The translations under genes were made by a program, and so were the position numbers. A stretch of 64,000 bases of DNA from Thermoanaerobaculia bacterium (GTDB lineage: Bacteria; Acidobacteriota; Thermoanaerobaculia; Multivoradales; Multivoraceae), in the NCBI GenBank assembly GCA_963666565.1, contig OY762911.1, forward strand, positions 896,001 through 960,000. Direction: 5' to 3'. The notes under the pieces are model-generated. The model saw only the letters and a program-made list of their open reading frames with translations, was not told the origin of the DNA and ran no database searches. Shown here one piece after another: positions 58,178 to 64,000 of this stretch; the stretch's first letter is position 1; the number at the start of each line of letters is the position of its first letter.

Positions 58178-58323
58178 ATGGTCAGCGGAGACAGCAGCGG
58201 TGGGTGGCTGGGGCCGCGCTACTTGCTGCGCCCCGGCGGCCTTGTTGTCCGCGCCGCTCCGCGGTCAGCGGTCCTTGGCGAGGAGGAACCCGTCGGACGG
58301 CAGGTCCGAACCGAGCGCTGGCG

Positions 58324-58701
58324 TCAGTCGAAGGTCCACTCGCGGGGCTCCTTGCCCTCTTCGGGCTGAGCCTCGCGGACGACGACCGCCGGGGTTGCTC
58401 CCTGCTCATAGGTGAAGACGTACTTCAGGGCCTTCCGGTTCTCCTCCGGCACCGGGTCGGCATGGGTGGCCAGTTCCGGGCCGTCGAACACGTTGAACTG
58501 GCAGAACTCCTCGGCCTGGCAGATGAAGCGGGCCATCTGGACCCAGTCCTCCATCTTCGTGTCGGGCTCGATCCAGGCGCCGAACGACAGGCCGGTCAGA
58601 CCGACGATGTTGAGCGGCGGCGGCGCGTCGCCCTGCTGCTGGGCCGCGGCGCCGAGCGGCAGGAGGAGTGAGATGGCGAGGACGAGCGCGCGTCGATTCA
58701 T
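58324..58701 (-). CDS. Small secreted hypothetical protein
   Basis: Signal peptide MNRRALVLAISLLLPLGAAA; ATGA overlap with the esterase stop. Confidence 0.7.
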   Translation of the reverse strand: MNRRALVLAISLLLPLGAAAQQQGDAPPPLNIVGLTGLSFGAWIEPDTKMEDWVQMARFICQAEEFCQFNVFDGPELATHADPVPEENRKALKYVFTYEQGATPAVVVREAQPEEGKEPREWTFD

Positions 58702-60308
58702 GGCTGGGTCACCTCGAAGAAACGGTCCCATAATGCCATGCGGTCCCGGTGGAGGTGACTGCCGGCCTCGATCGTCAAACCGAACTCGAGGTGCCGGGCC
58801 GTGTCCGGCTTGAACTCGGGCCACGCCGGAAGGTCCGGGCCGCCCGGCGGGTTCGGGTCGCCGGCGGACGCGAAGGCGACCCAGTAGCCGGACATCGCCT
58901 CGGCGAGTTCACGGTCCTCCTCCGCGTACTCGTAGTCCAGCTTGTCCAGGTTGTCGAACGCGTAGGCGATCTCGGCCGCGTGGTAGGCGCCGTAGAACTC
59001 CTTCTCGGGGTGTGGCGGGGCGTGCGTGAAGAGATAGAGCCAAGCCGGCGAGGACACGGTCTCCGAGAGCGTCGCCCAGGTCTTCATGTGCCAAGCGAAG
59101 ACGCGGTCGGAGAAGGCGTCGATGAAGGCGCGCCTCGCGTCCGCGTCGGTGGCCACGGGATAGGCCTCGAAGAAGGCGTCGGCCACGTCGGGGAACTGGC
59201 TCTTCACCAAGAACTCGACGCCGGACTTGTTGGAAGGCAGCATGCGGCCCATCAGGCTGGTCGCCTCGTCGCGGTTCGAGCCTACGAGCACCGGCACGTC
59301 GGCCTGCTCGCCGGCCCGGTAGATCTCGGCGACCTGCTTCGGCAGCACCCAGCCGTCGACGTTCGGCCTCGTCGCGAAGGCGCCCTGCTTCGAGGCCTCG
59401 GCCAGGATCGCCTCGGCGTCCAGTTCGCGCAGGCGGGCCGCCGCGGCCTCGCCATCGCCTTCGATGCCGAGACGCTTCGCGAACGCCTCGCCGGCGCTCT
59501 CGGCCGAGCCATCTTCGGACGAGCCGCCTTCGGACTGCCGCAACGCCGGCAGGCCGTCGAAGAAGCCGCCGCTCTGGCCGATCGCCCGGTGGAACAGGCC
59601 GCGCGCCAAGGGCGAAGCCTGCAGCACGTTGACGCTCCAGGCGCCGGCCGACTCGCCGAAGATCGTCACGCGGTCAGGGTCGCCGCCGAAGGTCGCGATG
59701 TTGTCCCGCACCCACTGCAGGGCGAAGATCTGGTCCAGGACGCCGTAGTTGCCGGAAACCCCCTGGTCGGACTCGGCCGACAGGGCAGGATGGGCAAGAT
59801 ACCCGAAGGCGCCCAGCCGGTAGTTCACCGTCACCACGACGACGCCCTTTCGCGCCAGCGCCGTGCCGTCGTAGAGCGGCAGCGAACCCGATCCGCGGGT
59901 GAGCGCGCCGCCGTGGATCCAGACCATCACCGGCAGGCGATCGCCCTCGCCGCCCGCGGTCCAGAGGTTGAGGTACAGGCAGTCCTCGCTCACTTCGACC
60001 AAGGGCTGGGCGTAGAAGCCGCCCTCTGGGTACGGCGCCTGCATGCAGGACGGCGGCTCGACGATCGCGTCGATGGGCGTTCTGCCCGGGGTCACGGGCC
60101 GCGGCGGCCGGAAGCGGAGGTCACCGAGCGGCGGCTCCGCGTAGGGAATGCCGAGATAGGTGTGGAAGTCGGGCTCGTCCTCGCCGACGAAGCCCATCAC
60201 GTAGCCGCTCGTGGTCAACTTGACCGGGCCGAACTGAGCCGCAGCCGCGGAGACAATAGAGAAGAAGGCGGCCGAGGCGAACGCGAAGCGGCTGGCAAGG
60301 GGAGTCAT
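58698..60308 (-). CDS. Type B carboxylesterase, exported
   Basis: LGIPYAEPP.G.LRF, SEDCLYLN, WIHGG, FGESAG, AYHAAEI. Confidence 0.95.
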   Translation of the reverse strand: MTPLASRFAFASAAFFSIVSAAAAQFGPVKLTTSGYVMGFVGEDEPDFHTYLGIPYAEPPLGDLRFRPPRPVTPGRTPIDAIVEPPSCMQAPYPEGGFYAQPLVEVSEDCLYLNLWTAGGEGDRLPVMVWIHGGALTRGSGSLPLYDGTALARKGVVVVTVNYRLGAFGYLAHPALSAESDQGVSGNYGVLDQIFALQWVRDNIATFGGDPDRVTIFGESAGAWSVNVLQASPLARGLFHRAIGQSGGFFDGLPALRQSEGGSSEDGSAESAGEAFAKRLGIEGDGEAAAARLRELDAEAILAEASKQGAFATRPNVDGWVLPKQVAEIYRAGEQADVPVLVGSNRDEATSLMGRMLPSNKSGVEFLVKSQFPDVADAFFEAYPVATDADARRAFIDAFSDRVFAWHMKTWATLSETVSSPAWLYLFTHAPPHPEKEFYGAYHAAEIAYAFDNLDKLDYEYAEEDRELAEAMSGYWVAFASAGDPNPPGGPDLPAWPEFKPDTARHLEFGLTIEAGSHLHRDRMALWDRFFEVTQP

Positions 60309-60333
60309 CGGCCGGTTCTATCGCACGCCGCGC

Positions 60334-61587
60334 CTACTTGGCGACATCGTAGGACGTCAGCGATTCCTGATCCCGGATGTAGAACGCGCCGTTGGCGACC
60401 ACCGGATGCGCCCAGGTGAAGTCGCCGCGGTACTCGATCTCGAACCGGCCCCGCTCCTCGTAGCCCTCGGGCGTGGCGACCGCCAGCCCGACCTTGTTCT
60501 TCTCGCTGAGAAGGAAGAGCTTGCCGTCGGCCATCACCAGGGAACCCTTGCCGACGCTGCGCGCGCGCCAGTGGACTTCGCCCGTCTCGATGTCGACGCT
60601 CGTCAGCGCGGGGCCGAAGAAGCTGTAGAGCGTCCCCTCGTGGGCAACGACGCCGCCGTGGTGGTTCTGGAGCCGGGTCTCGAAGTACGCCTGCTCACTG
60701 GAGAAGGAACCGCCCTCGGCTTCGACGGCGACCCGGACCGCGCCGCCGCCGATGCCGTAGGACGCCGAGTAGAAGACGAGGTCGCCGTCGAGAACCGGCG
60801 TGGCGATGTTGATCGCGTTCACGGTGGACGGCCGCTCGTAGCGCCACAGCAAGGCGCCGTCCTCGGCGCGTACGCCGACGCCGGCTTGGCCGGTGAATCC
60901 GATCAGCACCTCGACGCCGTCCAGCTCGCGCAAGATGAGCGAGGAGTAGGAGGCCGCGTCGGCCAGTTCGGCCGAACGCCAGATCGTGCTCCCGTCGCCG
61001 GCCGAGAGGGCAGCGATGGCGCCGTCCGGGCCGCCCGGCATGACGAACACCCGGTCGCGGACGACGAGCGGCGACTCGCTGATGCCCCAGCGGGTGTTCG
61101 GGCTGCCGAAACGCTCGAGCATGTTGAACTGCCAGATCACCTCGCCGGTTTGCTTCGCGAGCTTCGCGACCTCGCCCATCCCGTTCTGCACGAAGAGCGA
61201 GTCGCCATCGATCGTCGGCGTCGAGCGGGGGCCGTCGCCCCTGTCGAGGTGGTCGTAAAGGGGGCCCAGCTTCCGCATCCAGACCTCGCCGCCGTCGCCG
61301 GCGCGCAGCCGGAAGACCGCGCTCTGGCCGTCGCGGGTACCCTGAACGTAGATCGCATCGCCCTCGACGGCGACCGTCCCGTAGCCCTGGCCCAGCGTCT
61401 CGATCCGCCAGTTGACGGCCGGGCCCTCCGGCGGCCACTCGTCCAGGAGACCGGTCTCGGCCGAGATCCCGGCGCGGTCGGGCCCGCGCCATTGCAGCCA
61501 GTCGTCCGCGTACGCGGCCGCCCCGAATCCGGCGGCTATCGCGGCCACAGGGAACAGGCGAGTTCCTCTCAGGATCATCATGCGCAT
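60334..61587 (-). CDS. PQQ-like/BamB-like beta-propeller protein, exported
   Basis: DWLQWRGPDR.G, GPRSTPT, repeated G...W units, WAHPVVANG. Confidence 0.88.
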   Translation of the reverse strand: MRMMILRGTRLFPVAAIAAGFGAAAYADDWLQWRGPDRAGISAETGLLDEWPPEGPAVNWRIETLGQGYGTVAVEGDAIYVQGTRDGQSAVFRLRAGDGGEVWMRKLGPLYDHLDRGDGPRSTPTIDGDSLFVQNGMGEVAKLAKQTGEVIWQFNMLERFGSPNTRWGISESPLVVRDRVFVMPGGPDGAIAALSAGDGSTIWRSAELADAASYSSLILRELDGVEVLIGFTGQAGVGVRAEDGALLWRYERPSTVNAINIATPVLDGDLVFYSASYGIGGGAVRVAVEAEGGSFSSEQAYFETRLQNHHGGVVAHEGTLYSFFGPALTSVDIETGEVHWRARSVGKGSLVMADGKLFLLSEKNKVGLAVATPEGYEERGRFEIEYRGDFTWAHPVVANGAFYIRDQESLTSYDVAK

Positions 61588-61678
61588 CGTCGCTCCCAAA
61601 GTTACTGGCTGGCCGGCCAGCATTATACTGGCCAGCCGTACCGTACCCGGAGCGTACTCGCTCGGGGTTCCGCGAGCG

Positions 61679-61850
61679 CACCGCGGGGCGGACATCCACA
61701 ACGAAGCGATCACGGCGTCCCTGTCGGTGAAGCCCGGCCAGGACCTACCTGGAGGAGAACGTGGAAACGGCGAGCGTTGAACTCGTCGACCACGCGGTCG
61801 CGGAACTCGACGCTCTCTTCGTACCCGAGAGAGTGGCCGGGCCGTGGTGA
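61679..61850 (+). pseudogene. Possible aldo/keto reductase C-terminal remnant
   Basis: HRGADI, then RTYLEENVETASVELVDHAVAELDALFVPERVAG* in a different frame. Confidence 0.4.
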
Positions 61851-61867
61851 ACGGTGTTACCGTACAC
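61847..61867. promoter_or_regulatory. Probable higBA operator overlapping the -10 box
   Basis: Imperfect palindrome gtgaacgg-tgtta-ccgtacac next to TACACT. Confidence 0.5.
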
Positions 61868-61874
61868 TCGTGGC

Positions 61875-62162
61875 GTGATCGTTCGTTCCGTCCGTCACCG
61901 GGGACTGCGTCGCCTGCTCGAAGACGACAACCCCCGGTTTCTGCCGCAGAAGCTCGTAGACCGGGTGCGCAAGGTCTTGACCGTGTTGATTCTGGCCGAG
62001 CACATCGACGAGTTTCTTGCCGCTGCGCCCCCTGGCTGGCGGGTGCATCGGCTCTCGGGCAACCGGCGGGAATGGAGCGTCTCGGTCTCGGGCAACTGGC
62101 GGATCACGTTCGAGGAAACGGACGAATACGTGGCCCGTTTGAATCTGGAGGACTACCACTGA
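61875..62162 (+). CDS. higB: HigB-family (RelE-like) toxin
   Basis: SVRHRGLRRL, PGWRVHRLSG, WSVSVSGNWRITF, LEDYH. Confidence 0.92.
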   Translation: MIVRSVRHRGLRRLLEDDNPRFLPQKLVDRVRKVLTVLILAEHIDEFLAAAPPGWRVHRLSGNRREWSVSVSGNWRITFEETDEYVARLNLEDYH

Positions 62163-62476
62163 TGGCAAGCAGCGGAATCAACGTGACGATGACGCCTTCC
62201 CACCCGGGCGACTTCATCCGCACCGAGGTCATCGAAGAACTGGGTCTCTCCGTCACGAAGGCTGCCGAGATTCTCGGCGTGCGCAGGGCGACCCTCTCGG
62301 CCCTGTTGAACGGGAAGTCGGCTCTCTCGGCGGAAATGGCCCTGCGTATCGAGAAGGCGTTCGACGTCAGCATGGACGTGCTGCTGCGGATGCAGGCCTG
62401 GTACGACGCTTCGCGAGTACGGGCTCGCGCGGACGAGATCGTCGTCCAGCGCTACGAGGCCCCGCAGGGCGCGTAG
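62162..62476 (+). CDS. higA: HigA-family antitoxin
   Basis: HPGDFIR, LSVTKAAEILGV.R.TLS.LLNG, EMALRIEKAF, LRMQ..YD. Confidence 0.93.
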   Translation: MASSGINVTMTPSHPGDFIRTEVIEELGLSVTKAAEILGVRRATLSALLNGKSALSAEMALRIEKAFDVSMDVLLRMQAWYDASRVRARADEIVVQRYEAPQGA

Positions 62477-62479
62477 GGC

Positions 62480-63967
<1,488 letters not shown>

Positions 63968-64000
63968 GCTCGTGTCTCCTGCCGTCCAGCCTACTTGCAG

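Overview
Very GC-rich bacterial chromosome segment. Gene content (bshC/bshA, tandem lepB, DUF885, PQQ-like propeller) would fit Acidobacteriota, but that is inference only. 0-43 kb is mostly housekeeping: recR-ybaB-dnaX-ffs; tadA; two tRNA-Ser; the rpmH-rnpA-yidD-yidC-jag-rsmG-parA-parB cluster with two perfect parS sites; pyrK-pyrD-pyrF; two lepB; comEA with a pilin-like gene; mtnA; tmRNA; dusB; bshC-bshA; mobA; a cyclophilin; tRNA-Leu; secG-tpiA-pgk; tsaD; thiG; tRNA-Arg. 43-64 kb is more accessory: acyl-CoA dehydrogenases, a peptide-binding protein, oxidoreductases, higBA and mmsA. It also holds a compact candidate defence island at about 48.7-55.2 kb: broken parDE, GIY-YIG nuclease, Dam-type methylase with a SacI-family endonuclease, a 728-aa REase-like/PIN-like protein and an XRE-ImmA peptidase. 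Non-coding structure is rich. There are about 10 copies of a REP-like element that supplies start and stop codons to neighbouring genes. There are three copies of a ~173-bp element whose ~33-bp terminal inverted repeats differ between copies but stay paired within each copy. There is also a degenerate tandem copy of tRNA-Arg and a recurrent TANNNT-N6-8-start pattern suggesting leaderless mRNAs. No CRISPR array, rRNA, integrase or transposase was seen. All family calls come from motif recognition by eye, not database searches.
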